From Chloroflexota bacterium (GTDB lineage Bacteria; Chloroflexota; Dehalococcoidia; Lucifugimonadales; UBA3495): a stretch of 64,000 nucleotides of DNA. Within the stretch, counting starts at the first letter, position 1; every line of letters starts with the position of its first letter. Shown piece by piece: positions 18,080-31,100 of the stretch. The stretch covers positions 1 to 64,000 of the forward strand of contig JAQBVF010000013.1 in the NCBI GenBank assembly GCA_027623675.1, read 5' to 3'. The notes below the pieces were generated by a model. That model was not told the DNA's origin, made no database searches, and worked only from the letters and a program-made list of their open reading frames with translations. The position numbers and the translations under genes are program-made.

Positions 18080-18623
18080 CAGCCTGAAGGGATTGGTTGT
18101 GACTCTGGTGTCCACGGTGAATGGACTGCGCGCGCCGGTGACGCGCCAGTACCCGGCCACGGGCAATCTGCTGTCGCAGCATGCCGAGCCCACGCCGGTT
18201 AAAGACCGGTTCATGGGGTTCCCGTCCTTGACTTGGGACGATGAAGTTGGCGAGCCGTTCTGCACCAGTTGCATGGTCTGTATCCGGCAATGCCCGACCC
18301 AGTGTATGTCGTCGGTGATGAAGGATAACCCGCTGCATGAGGAGGGCAAAAGCTCTCGTAGAAAGATCGTCGAGACGTTCGAGATCAATCTCAATCGTTG
18401 TATACTATGCGGAATCTGCGTCGAGGTGTGTAATTTCGATGCTATCGTGATGACCCACGAGCACGAAATGAGCACCTTTAGCCGCAACGGAGACCGGGTG
18501 GACCTGCCGAAGCTGCTGGAGATCGGGTACAAGTTTCAGAAGGAGACCGATTGGATTCCGCCGACCAAGCGGGTGAAGGGCGGCGAGGCGGAGGCCGAAT
18601 CACTGGCCGCCAAGGCTGAATAG
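18072..18623 (+). CDS. nuoI: NADH-quinone oxidoreductase subunit I (2x[4Fe-4S])
   Basis: CTSCMVCIRQCP and CILCGICVEVCN. Confidence 0.95.
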   Translation: MFNSLKGLVVTLVSTVNGLRAPVTRQYPATGNLLSQHAEPTPVKDRFMGFPSLTWDDEVGEPFCTSCMVCIRQCPTQCMSSVMKDNPLHEEGKSSRRKIVETFEINLNRCILCGICVEVCNFDAIVMTHEHEMSTFSRNGDRVDLPKLLEIGYKFQKETDWIPPTKRVKGGEAEAESLAAKAE

Positions 18624-18831
18624 CGGGCCTTAGGGGGCCGCGTGGCGCCGATACCGGGAAAGGCGACAGGTCCGGGTCTGGGTTGGCGCTTGGGATAGCC
18701 CGGATGATTAACGAAACTAAACAGAGCCGCCGGAATGGTGGCTCGTATCTTGATGGGGCCGGAACACGGCTGGAACTAGGATATTGGGGATGTCCCGGAA
18801 ATCAGTTAAACGACGGGGTCTGACTGGCTAG

Positions 18832-19326
18832 ATGGCCTGGATCATTTTCATATTGCTGGCAGCGATGACCATTGGCGGCGGGTTGGGCGTGGTGCTCAGC
18901 CGGAACGTGGTGCACGCGGCGTTGGCATTGCTGGTCTCTCTGGTAGCCGTGGCCGGGGTCTACCTGGTCCTTTTCGCCGAGTTTTTGGCCTTGGTGCAGG
19001 TGCTCATATACGGCGGGGCGATAATCATCGTGCTTCTGTTCGCCGTCATGATGACCAGAAGCGCCGATTATCCCCGCATATCCGACAACAAACAGTGGCC
19101 GCTGGCCGCCATCGCCGCCCTGGCCCTACTGGGCGTTTTGGTCCCCGCCTTCGCCATCAACTCGGTTGAAGGTACCCAGGCGCAGAACGCATCCTTCACC
19201 GGGATCGGCGAGTCGCTGTTCACCACCTGGGCCGTGCCGTTCGAGATCGCGTCCCTGGTGCTGTTGGTGGCCCTGATCGGCGCCATCATCATCGCGCGGT
19301 CCGATTCAGACGGAGAGCAAGGCTAG
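18832..19326 (+). CDS. nuoJ: NADH-quinone oxidoreductase subunit J
   Basis: NVVHAAL, AEFLALVQVLIYGGA, PFEIASLVLLVALIGAI. Confidence 0.95.
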   Translation: MAWIIFILLAAMTIGGGLGVVLSRNVVHAALALLVSLVAVAGVYLVLFAEFLALVQVLIYGGAIIIVLLFAVMMTRSADYPRISDNKQWPLAAIAALALLGVLVPAFAINSVEGTQAQNASFTGIGESLFTTWAVPFEIASLVLLVALIGAIIIARSDSDGEQG

Positions 19327-19329
19327 ATA

Positions 19330-19650
19330 ATGGTCGATCTGGTCTGGTTCCAACTCCTCAGCGCCGCATTGTTCGTCATTGGCATCTATGGTGTCATGGC
19401 GCGCCGCTCCGCCGTGCTGATCATCATGTCCATCGAGTTGATGCTGAACGCTGTGAACATCAACCTCATCGCCGCTGCTTCGCACCTGGAGGGCACCGGT
19501 AGCTTCGCCGCGTTCGACGGCCAACTGATAGCCATCTTCATCGTCACCGTGGCCGCGGCCGAGGTCGGCTTGGCTCTGGCCATTATCCTGCGCATGTTCC
19601 GGAACAAGTCGACGGTCAACGTTGATGAGATCAACTTGATGAAATGGTAG
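19330..19650 (+). CDS. nuoK: NADH-quinone oxidoreductase subunit K
   Basis: SIELMLNAVN, VAAAEVGLALA. Confidence 0.96.
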   Translation: MVDLVWFQLLSAALFVIGIYGVMARRSAVLIIMSIELMLNAVNINLIAAASHLEGTGSFAAFDGQLIAIFIVTVAAAEVGLALAIILRMFRNKSTVNVDEINLMKW

Positions 19651-19708
19651 CAGTTAAGACATACCTGGCAGATGGCCCGACCTGTCTCGCTTGCCGGGGG
19701 GTGGCAGC

Positions 19709-21634
19709 ATGATGCAGTGGGCCTGGTTGATCCCCGTTTTCTGTTTCGCCGCCATGCCGGTGATCGTGATATTTGGCAAGCACCTGCCGTCCAAGGGCGC
19801 TTTATTGTCTATCTTGGCCATCGCCGGCGGGTTCGTGGTCTTCTGGTTCGTCCTTGGGTCTTGGTTGGACGCCGTTCCAGGCGTTACCAAAGGCTGCTTC
19901 ACCAGCGAGAACACCGGCCTGCTCACCTGCAATTACGAAACAAGCTGGTTCAACGCGGGCGTGATCGGGGCCGCGGGCAGCGTCAGCCTCTACTGGGGCA
20001 TACTGATTGACCCGTTGACCATCGCCATGCTTGGCTTGGTTACCTTTGTGGCCCTGATGGTCCAGATATATTCTATGGCCTACATGAAAGGCGACCCACG
20101 TTTCGGCTGGTATTTCGCGGTCCATTCCCTGTTCGCCGCGGCCATGCTGACGCTGGTTTTGGCCGATAACTTCCTGCTGTTGTACGTGGCTTGGGAGTTG
20201 GTGGGAATCTGCTCCTATCTGCTCATCGGGTTCTGGCACGAGCGAAGATCGGCCCGTGAAGCGGCCAAGAAAGCCTTCATCGTCACCAGGATCGGCGACG
20301 TGGGGTTGCTGGTCGGCATCCTGCTGATCTGGCGGGACGTGGGCAGCTTCAGCATGCTGGATGCTTTCGAGGCCGTGCGCACCGGCGCCATGAGCGAGGG
20401 CGTGGCGACCGCTTCGGCCATATTGCTGTTCTTAGGAGCGATGGGCAAGTCGGCCCAGATCCCGTTCCACGTTTGGCTGCCCGACGCGATGGAAGGCCCC
20501 ACCCCGGTTAGCGCGCTGATCCACGCCGCCACCATGGTTATCGCCGGCGTCTACCTGGTGGCCCGCGCCTTCCCCATCTTCGAGGCCTACGACGCCGATG
20601 CGCTGCTGATAGTGGCCATAGTTGGCCTGGCCACGGCGCTTATGGCCGCGACCATAGCTCTGGTGGCCACCGACCTCAAGCGCATACTGGCCTACTCCAC
20701 CATCAGCCACCTGGGCCTGATGATGCTGTCTTTGGGTGCATTTGGATACACGGCGGCCGTCTTCCATTTAATGGCCCACGGCTTCTCCAAGGCCCTATTG
20801 TTCCTGGGAGCCGGCAGCGTGCTGCACAGCACCGAATTTCAGGAGACGGGCGAGATGGGCGGCTTGAGGAAGGTGATGCCGATAACCGCCATCGTCTTCT
20901 CCCTGGGGGCCTTGTCCCTGGGCGGGATACCCATACTGGCGGGATTCTGGAGCAAAGACGAGATCTTGGTGGCGGTGAACGACAACCGGAACGTTGCGTT
21001 CATCGTCCTGACCCTGATCACGGCCTTGCTCAGCGCTCTGTACATGGCCCGTGCGATGTTCATCGTGTTCTTCGGAGAGTTGAAAGACCAGAACCGCCAT
21101 GCCCATGAGTCTCCCCCAGCCATGGTCGTGCCGATGGTGCTCCTGGGGGTTCTGGCGTTGGGGTTCGGTCTGATCAGTTTCAACTGGCCGGGTAGCTATG
21201 GCGGCTTCGGCACCTTCTTGTACTTCGAGCACGGCGAGGCATTCCATTTCGAGTACTGGCTGGGCGCGGTGTCCATCGTCATGGCGGTGGCGGCCTTTTA
21301 CTTCGCCTACATGGTTTACGTTAAGAGAAACGTCTCCCTGGAGAACACGCGGTCGCGGTTCGCCGGGATACTCAAGGTTGTGGAGAACAAGTATTACTTC
21401 GACGAGGTCTACCAGTGGACCATCGACCGGATCGTGTTGGTGTTCTCCGGGTTCATCGCCTTCTTCGACCGGGCCATCGTCAACGACGTCCTGGTGAACG
21501 GACCCGCGGATGTGGTCCGGGAATTCGGCATAAGGATGCGCCTGCATGTGACCGGCCACGTTTACAGCTACACCCTAGTCATGGCGGCGGGAACCATCGG
21601 TCTCGGCATCTTCGTTTGGACGAGGGCGGTGTAG
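19709..21634 (+). CDS. nuoL: NADH-quinone oxidoreductase subunit L
   Basis: WELVGICSYLLIGFW, KAFIVTRIGD, GKSAQIPFHVWLPDAMEGPTPVSALIHAATMV. Confidence 0.96.
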   Translation: MMQWAWLIPVFCFAAMPVIVIFGKHLPSKGALLSILAIAGGFVVFWFVLGSWLDAVPGVTKGCFTSENTGLLTCNYETSWFNAGVIGAAGSVSLYWGILIDPLTIAMLGLVTFVALMVQIYSMAYMKGDPRFGWYFAVHSLFAAAMLTLVLADNFLLLYVAWELVGICSYLLIGFWHERRSAREAAKKAFIVTRIGDVGLLVGILLIWRDVGSFSMLDAFEAVRTGAMSEGVATASAILLFLGAMGKSAQIPFHVWLPDAMEGPTPVSALIHAATMVIAGVYLVARAFPIFEAYDADALLIVAIVGLATALMAATIALVATDLKRILAYSTISHLGLMMLSLGAFGYTAAVFHLMAHGFSKALLFLGAGSVLHSTEFQETGEMGGLRKVMPITAIVFSLGALSLGGIPILAGFWSKDEILVAVNDNRNVAFIVLTLITALLSALYMARAMFIVFFGELKDQNRHAHESPPAMVVPMVLLGVLALGFGLISFNWPGSYGGFGTFLYFEHGEAFHFEYWLGAVSIVMAVAAFYFAYMVYVKRNVSLENTRSRFAGILKVVENKYYFDEVYQWTIDRIVLVFSGFIAFFDRAIVNDVLVNGPADVVREFGIRMRLHVTGHVYSYTLVMAAGTIGLGIFVWTRAV

Positions 21635-21680
21635 ATGCTCCCGTTTTCTTGCATCGGCTGTCCCTGGAACGGAGGCCTGA

Positions 21681-23189
21681 TTGGATAACTTCGATCAGGT
21701 AGCGCTGCTGCTGCTTATCCTGGTGCCCCTGGCCGGGGCGCTGCTGATGATGTTTCAGTCCAGCGAACAGAGCAAGGAATCGTGGTATTTCGCCATCTTC
21801 ATCGCGGCCATATCGCTGGTCTTGTCCGTGGTTATCTTTGCCCGGTACGACTACAACGCCGGCGGTTTCCAGTTCCTCCGCACCTACGAGTGGTTGCCCG
21901 CGTTGGGCATTGACCTGTCTCTGGGTATCGACGGAATCTCCGCTCCGTTGGTGCTGCTGAACGGTATCGTGCTTTTCGGCGGCGTGTTGATCTCCCAAAC
22001 GGTGAAGCACCGCACCCGTGACTTCTTCGTGCTGTTGTTCGCCCTGGCGGCTGGGGTCTACGGCGTGTTCGCGGTGCGCGACCTGTTCTTCCTGTTCTTC
22101 TTCTACGAGCTGGCCGTGCTGCCCATGTACCTGCTGATCGGCGTTTGGGGCAGCAGCACCGACTTCGGCACCTTCCTCCGCACGAAAGAATACGGCGCGA
22201 TGAAGCTGTTCATGTACCTGGTTGGGGGCAGCATCCTCATCTGGATCGGCATTCTGGCGGTGTACGTGGAGGCCTCGGGCAACGGAGGAGCGACTTTTTC
22301 CCTGCAGAGTCTTGCCCAGATATCCGATGCGGGCGGGTTCGATAGCAATTTCCAGACCTTGGTGTTCCCGCTATTCATGGTGGGGTTCGGTGTGCTGGCC
22401 GGTCTCTGGCCCTTCCACACCTGGTCCCCCGACGGGCACGTGGCGGCGCCAACCGCGGTCAGCATGCTCCATGCCGGGGTGCTGATGAAGCTGGGAGCCT
22501 ACGGTATCATCCGGGTGGGCCTGTTCCTGCTGCCCGAGGGGGCCGACAACTGGATGCCCGTGCTGATCAGCTTGGGCACTGTGAACGTGCTATACGGCGC
22601 GATATCGGCCATGTCGCAGAGCGACTTGAAATACGTTATCGGCTATTCCAGCGTCAGCCACATGGGCTACGTGCTCATGGGCATCGCCACCCTGGACAAC
22701 GTCGGGATGGGCGGGGCGGTGTTGCAGATGTTTTCCCACGGTGTGATGACAGCCCTGATGTTCCTTCTCGTCGGCGCCATCTACGAGCGCACCCACACCC
22801 GAGACATCTCGGTGCTGAACGGGCTTGCCAGCCGCATGCCGAAGAATACCTTCTTCTTCGTAATCGCCGGTCTGGCCTCATTGGGCTTGCCCGGGCTGAG
22901 CGGGTTCGTGGCCGAATTCATGGTGTTCACCGGGGCGTTCCGTACCTATCTGCCTTTGGCTATCCTGGCAGTGGTGGGTGCGGCGCTAACCGCCGTCTAT
23001 ATATTGCGTTTATTGGCCCGGACCTTCCTGGGCGAGGCCGACGAACAGTGGGCCAGCTTGACCGATGCCAGCCCCGTTGAAGTGTCGGTTGGCGCGGCCT
23101 TTGTGGCGATCATTATCTTCGTGGGCGTCTGGCCCGAACCGCTGATGCGCGTCATCAACGTCGGCGTCCAGACCATACCGGGAGTCTAG
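21681..23189 (+). CDS. nuoM: NADH-quinone oxidoreductase subunit M
   Basis: FFFYELAVLPMY, PFHTWSPDGHVAAPT, KLGAYG, YSSVSHMG; TTG start after GGAGG. Confidence 0.96.
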   Translation: MDNFDQVALLLLILVPLAGALLMMFQSSEQSKESWYFAIFIAAISLVLSVVIFARYDYNAGGFQFLRTYEWLPALGIDLSLGIDGISAPLVLLNGIVLFGGVLISQTVKHRTRDFFVLLFALAAGVYGVFAVRDLFFLFFFYELAVLPMYLLIGVWGSSTDFGTFLRTKEYGAMKLFMYLVGGSILIWIGILAVYVEASGNGGATFSLQSLAQISDAGGFDSNFQTLVFPLFMVGFGVLAGLWPFHTWSPDGHVAAPTAVSMLHAGVLMKLGAYGIIRVGLFLLPEGADNWMPVLISLGTVNVLYGAISAMSQSDLKYVIGYSSVSHMGYVLMGIATLDNVGMGGAVLQMFSHGVMTALMFLLVGAIYERTHTRDISVLNGLASRMPKNTFFFVIAGLASLGLPGLSGFVAEFMVFTGAFRTYLPLAILAVVGAALTAVYILRLLARTFLGEADEQWASLTDASPVEVSVGAAFVAIIIFVGVWPEPLMRVINVGVQTIPGV

Positions 23190-23195
23190 CCGGTC

Positions 23196-24695
23196 TTGAA
23201 TAGCCTCACCGACAATCTGGGACTACTGACACCGGAGTTCGCTCTGGCCGGTCTGGCGTTCCTGGTCTTCCTGGTGGACCTGTTCATCCCCGAAGACCGC
23301 AAGGGATACCTGGGTTGGCTGTCCATCGCCGGGCTGCTGGTGCTGATCGCCGTATCGCTGGTCATGCTGTGGGGCGAAGAAGAAAGCCTATACGACGGCC
23401 TGCTGGCGGTGGACGACTTCGCCCTGTTCTTCAAGGTCTTGTTCATGGGGCTCGGCGTGTTCATCATCCTCAGTTCCATGGACTTCGTGAAGAACCGGCT
23501 GCGGCACCAGGGGGAGTTCTACGGCCTGCTGCTGTTCTCCATCCTGGGCATGAACCTGATGGCCCAGTCGCGGGAATTGCTGACCGCCTACATCGCCCTT
23601 GAGCTGCTCAGTTTCAGCCTCTACGTTCTGGCGGCCTACGCCAAGTACGACGCCAAGTCCAACGAGAGCGCCCTGAAATACATCATCGTTGGCGCGGTGT
23701 CGTCGGCCATCCTCCTGTATGGCGTGAGCATGGTCTACAGCACTCTGGGCGTGACAAAGTTCGACGATATCGCCATCGGACTGGCAACGGCCTCTGAAGT
23801 GGCCCCCGCGCTGTGGGTCGGGGTTGGCTTGATACTGGTGGGGCTGATGTTCAAGGTGTCCGCAGTGCCCTTCCACATGTGGGCGCCGGACGTCTATGAG
23901 GGCGCGCCCTACCCGGTGACGGCCTACCTGGCGATCGGATCCAAAGCGGCGGCATTCGCCCTGGTGCTGCGCCTCGTGGCGGAGGGATTCGTCCCGGCTG
24001 CCGACCGGTGGGAACAGTGGCAATTGGTGTTGGCCGTGCTGGCTGCCGCGACCATGCTGCTGGGCAACCTGGTGGCCCTGGCGCAGAAGAACCTGAAACG
24101 TCTGATGGCCTATTCCAGCATCGGCCACGCCGGCTTCATCCTGGCCGGCATCGCCGCGCTGTCCAGCGGTTCCGACCTGGCATCCAACGGCGTCATGTTC
24201 TATCTGGTGGGCTATTCCATCACCAACCTGGTGGTCTTTGCCGCCCTGATCTCCTTCTTCAACATGACGGGCAAAGAGATGATCTCCGACCTGGGCGGAC
24301 TGGCGGACCACCAGCCGTTCCTGGCGGCGTCCCTGGCCATGGGCCTGTTCTCCCTGGCGGGACTGCCCATCTTTGCCGGGTTCACCATGAAGTTCTACCT
24401 CTTCACCGCCGTGGCCACGGAGGGGTTCCTCTGGCTGGCCGGGCTGGCCATCTTCAGCAGTCTCATCTCGCTCTACTACTACCTGCAGGTGTTGCGCCAG
24501 ATATACATCGAGCCTGCGCCGACCGTTGAAGGCGGCGGCAGCCTGCTGCAGGAATATCCTGCGCTGACCAAGTGGCCCTCTTGGTCTTTGCTGTCGGTGC
24601 TGGGCACCGGTATGGCGGCGCTGATCTGGCTGGGGGTGTACCCCAAGCCGTTGATCGATGCCATAGAAGCAGCCAGCCGCGCGGTGATGCCGTAG
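23196..24695 (+). CDS. nuoN: NADH-quinone oxidoreductase subunit N
   Basis: ESALKY, FKVSAVPFHMWAPDVYEGAP, KRLMAYSSIGHAG, SLYYYL. Confidence 0.96.
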   Translation: MNSLTDNLGLLTPEFALAGLAFLVFLVDLFIPEDRKGYLGWLSIAGLLVLIAVSLVMLWGEEESLYDGLLAVDDFALFFKVLFMGLGVFIILSSMDFVKNRLRHQGEFYGLLLFSILGMNLMAQSRELLTAYIALELLSFSLYVLAAYAKYDAKSNESALKYIIVGAVSSAILLYGVSMVYSTLGVTKFDDIAIGLATASEVAPALWVGVGLILVGLMFKVSAVPFHMWAPDVYEGAPYPVTAYLAIGSKAAAFALVLRLVAEGFVPAADRWEQWQLVLAVLAAATMLLGNLVALAQKNLKRLMAYSSIGHAGFILAGIAALSSGSDLASNGVMFYLVGYSITNLVVFAALISFFNMTGKEMISDLGGLADHQPFLAASLAMGLFSLAGLPIFAGFTMKFYLFTAVATEGFLWLAGLAIFSSLISLYYYLQVLRQIYIEPAPTVEGGGSLLQEYPALTKWPSWSLLSVLGTGMAALIWLGVYPKPLIDAIEAASRAVMP

Positions 24696-24742
24696 GCCGG
24701 GCCTTCAGACAAAAGCAGCCAGCCGCGCGGTGATGCCGTAGG
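24667..24742 (+). repeat. 30-bp direct repeat duplicating the nuoN 3' end and stop codon
   Basis: AAGCAGCCAGCCGCGCGGTGATGCCGTAGG at 24667-24696 and 24713-24742. Confidence 0.92.
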
Positions 24743-24790
24743 GCTGGTGTCTTTTCAGGCGTAAAAAATGGGAGTGAGACCGGCCCACTC

Positions 24791-24799
24791 TGCTATAAT
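24791..24799 (+). promoter_or_regulatory. extended -10 promoter for the LOG-family gene and eno
   Basis: TGCTATAAT about 100 bp upstream of the 24899 ATG. Confidence 0.5.
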
Positions 24800-24898
24800 C
24801 GGTCCTCAAGATGAGACCCGGACTAAACGTAAAATGCCCTGCGGCCCCGCCAGATTCCCACGGTTTCCAGATTCCCACGGCTTAAGGTAACAAGATAG

Positions 24899-25390
24899 AT
24901 GATTATTTCAGTGATTGGCAGCAGCAATCCCGCCACCCGCGAACACGTGGACCTTGCCGAGGCCGTGGGACGCGAACTGGCCCGGCGAGACATCAAAGTT
25001 GTCTGCGGAGGACTGAGCGGCATCATGGAGGCTGTCTGCCGGGGCGCCAAGGCCGAGGGCGGAACAACCATCGGAATCCTGCCGGGCCGGGCCGCCGCCG
25101 AGGCCAACAGCTACGTGGACATCCCGATCGTCACCAGCATGGGCTATTCCAGGAACGTGATCGTGGTGCACACCGGGGAAGCGGTCATCGCCGTCGGCGG
25201 GGCCTACGGCACCCTTTCCGAGATCGGCCACGCCCTGAGCGACGGGATCCCGGTGATCGGACTCAAGACTTGGCCGCTGACCACCAACGGCGATGGCATC
25301 GAAATCAACGGCGCGATCATCCAGGCGGATAGCGCGTTTGACGCCGTTGAAAAAGCGGTGGCGGCCGTGGCCTCCCGCAATCACCGCTAG
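24899..25390 (+). CDS. TIGR00725-type LOG/SLOG Rossmann-fold protein
   Basis: VCGGLSGIMEA..GG.TIGILPG, SRNVIVV, GGAYGTLSEIG. Confidence 0.88.
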   Translation: MIISVIGSSNPATREHVDLAEAVGRELARRDIKVVCGGLSGIMEAVCRGAKAEGGTTIGILPGRAAAEANSYVDIPIVTSMGYSRNVIVVHTGEAVIAVGGAYGTLSEIGHALSDGIPVIGLKTWPLTTNGDGIEINGAIIQADSAFDAVEKAVAAVASRNHR

Positions 25391-26788
<1,398 letters not shown>

Positions 26789-26980
26789 CCTTCCAGCCCG
26801 CCGTTTGCCTTTCGTGATTAGCTGGGGTGGCATCGCCTGCCGATGTATGTTCAGGAAGTGCCTAGAATTAGCTTTCCAACCGGTGCGGCAGCGGGTATCA
26901 TGTACGCGTCAAAACTAGGCTATTGGGCATAACGCCGCCAGTATCGTCTGTCCGGCGCCGATCAAACTTCGGGAATATAA

Positions 26981-28006
<1,026 letters not shown>

Positions 28007-28061
28007 GACTCCGGGCCGGCCCGTATAGAGCATGGGGCTTTCGACAGCTCCAGCCGAGCAT

Positions 28062-28107
28062 GGAAAGTCCCCCGTCCCCACGAAAATGGGCCGACGGGGG
28101 ATTTTCC
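28062..28107 (+). terminator. hairpin after gap
   Basis: GGAAAGTCCCCCGTC / GACGGGGGATTTTCC imperfect inverted repeat. Confidence 0.6.
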
Positions 28108-28146
28108 TATGTGGGGGAGTATCAGGGGGCACAAATATAATGTTTA

Positions 28147-31100
28147 ATGTTCCGCGACTCAGGCGGCGTTGCCCTATCAGACCGATCAAGGACCGGCGTG
28201 GAATTTAGCTTCCAACAATTCTTCAGCTTTGGCGGCCGCGTCTCCTGGCCGTTCTACGTGTTGCTGCTCATCTTCGTCGTGGCGATCGGTCTCAGGCTGA
28301 ATGGGGTCAACTGGGACCAGGGCTACGCCTTCCACCCCGACGAACGGGATATCTACATGCGCTCCGGTTGCATGTACGACCTGCTCACCGACGCCCCAAA
28401 CGCCCAGGATTGCGGCTATGTCCGGGCTGAACCCGACGCCCAGCCGGGCCTGCCGGGCATCGGCACGCTGTTCAGCGCCGACCGCAGTCCGTTGAACCCC
28501 CACTGGTTCCCGCTGGGCAGCATCCTGATCTACGTGATGGTGTTCTTCCGCTCCGTGGCGGAGCTGTTCACCGACCTCAACTCCCTGGACATGCGCTACT
28601 TCGGAAGACCCCTGTCGGCATTGGCCGACGTGGGTTCGGTGGCCATGGTGTTCATCCTGGGGCGCAAGCTCTATGGCCAGGGCGTGGGGCTTCTGGCGGC
28701 GGGCCTCACAGCGGTGTCGGTGATCAACATCCAGAACAGCCACTTCTACCGGCCCGAGACCTTCTCAGTCTTCTTCACCCTGGCCAGTTTCTGGGCCATG
28801 TGGCGGATGCTGGAACACAAACGTCCGATCGACTCGGCCATCTTGGGGTTGATGCTTGGACTGGCCATCGCGCCCAAGGTGAGCATCCTGCCCATTCTGG
28901 CGCCCATGTTCCTGATCTATTGGTACTGGGTGCTGGATGAGGTCGAGGGCTATTGGTCCGACATCACTCCGGAATTGGTGCAGAAGGTCTTTAGCCACGC
29001 GGCGCTGGCGGCGGTTGTCGCGGCCGGCGTGTTTTTCATCAGCGCGCCCTATGCCATCTTGGATGTGGGGGCGTTCGTGGGCGACCTGGCGGCGCAGACC
29101 CGCATGGCCCGGACCGCCGGTTTCTGGCCGTTCACCATCCAGTACATCGACACGCCGGCGTTCATCTACCAGATACAACAATCGACCGTCTGGGGTCTGG
29201 GTATCCCGTTGGGCATCGCCGCTTGGCTGTCCATACCCGTTACGGCATTGATCGGAGCATTCAACAAGGCAACCCGCCGGGCCGACCTGTTCCTGCTGGC
29301 ATGGGTCGTGCCGGGGTTCTTGTTCCTGGAGACCTTCGAAGTCCATTTCCTCCGGTACGTCTTCCCGCTGGTCCCGGTCATGATTATCATGGCGTCCCGA
29401 ATGTTGCTTGGCGCCGTTTCGGCCAGCCGTCCTCTGGCGTCGCATCTAGCCTGGCGGTCGGACGACCCTGTCCGGCTGCTGCCTTGGTTCGCCATGGCGG
29501 TGACCGTCGTGGTGGTGGCGTCAACGGCCTTCTATGCCCTGGCGTTCCAGAACGTCTACGAGGAAGACCACCCAGCGGTGACGGCGTCGGAGTGGATCAA
29601 CGCCAACGTGCCTCAGGGCACGGCCATCGTGAGCGACAACCATTGGGACGAGTTCATTCCCAACCTGTATTCCTACGATGTTTGGCAATTCCCCGTTTAC
29701 AACCCCGACACCGTCGAGAAGATGGACGATCTGGCGGCGAGACTGGCGACGTCCGAGTATGTCGTGTTCTACAGCAGCCGGCCCTACGCCAGCGCCGCCC
29801 GCGCTCCGGAACGCTTTCCGTCCAGCAACCAGTATTACCAGCGCCTGTTCGCCGGAGACCTGGGTTACGGCCTGGAGCGAGAGTTCAACAACTACCCGGA
29901 GTTGTGGGGCGTGTCCTTCCGCGACGACGCCATCGGCCGGGCGGGACTGGAGCAGCCGGTGCCTGCGGTACCCAGGCAGAGCTCGGCCATCAACCTAGAC
30001 CTTGGCTACGCCGACGACAACGCCGTGGGTTACGACCATCCCCGGGTGCTGCTGTTCAAGAACAATCAGCGCCTGACTGAAGAAGCGATTCGGGCCCAAT
30101 TCAACATCTTGCCCCAGGTGGTCAACCCCGGCGGCTTGGGGCTGACGCTTTCACCGGAGGACCTGACCGCCCAGGAAGAGGGCGGCACGTTCTCCGACAT
30201 CGTGGACCGGGACGGCTGGACCAACGATGTGCCGGTATTGATATGGCTGCTGGTGGTGGAGATTATCTACCTGCTGGCCCTGCCCCTGACCATGTTCATC
30301 TTCCGGCCGTTACCCGACCGAGGGATCGTATTGGCCCGGGTACTTGGGCTGCTGTTGGTCAGCTACGCCGCCTGGTTTGCGGTGTCCATGGGGTGGATGG
30401 ACTTCTCCCGGTGGGCGGTGTACCTGGGTATGCTGGTAGTGGCCGGGTCCTCGGCGGTGGTCCTGGTCTTCCGCCGGGAAGAGATCTCCGCCTACCTGAA
30501 AGAGCACTGGCGGCTGCTGCTCTTTGGCGAAGGGCTGTTCCTCATCGCCTTCTTGGGGTTCGTGCTGTTGCGGTACGTCAACCCCGACCTTTGGCATCCC
30601 TTCCGGGGCGGCGAGAAGCCGATGGAACTGGCCTACCTGACAGCGGTGGTCCGCTCCACCACGCTTCCGCCTTTCGACCCGTGGTTCGCCGGCGGCTATC
30701 TGAATTACTACTACTGGGGATATTTCGTTGTCGCCAATATCATTCGCGTCACCGGGATCCTGCCCACAACGGCCTTCAACCTGGCGGTGCCGCTGTTCTT
30801 CGCGCTGACGGTCACCGGCGCCTATTCACTGGTCTATAACCTGGCTGAGGGGGTGCGGCAACGCCGGGCCATCGAAAATGTGATCACGATACCCGGTGTC
30901 GGAGACCTGCCGCCGCTGCCATTTGATGATAACCGGCTGTTATGGCGGAAGGTGATGTGGAGTCCGGTGGCCGCTGGGGTAATGGCCGGGCTATTCACCG
31001 CCGTCATCGGCAATCTGGACGGCCTGGTCCAGATGGTGCAGAACACTTGGAACAGAGTGTTCAACAGCACGGCGTTCCCGGCATTCGATTTCTGGCGCAG

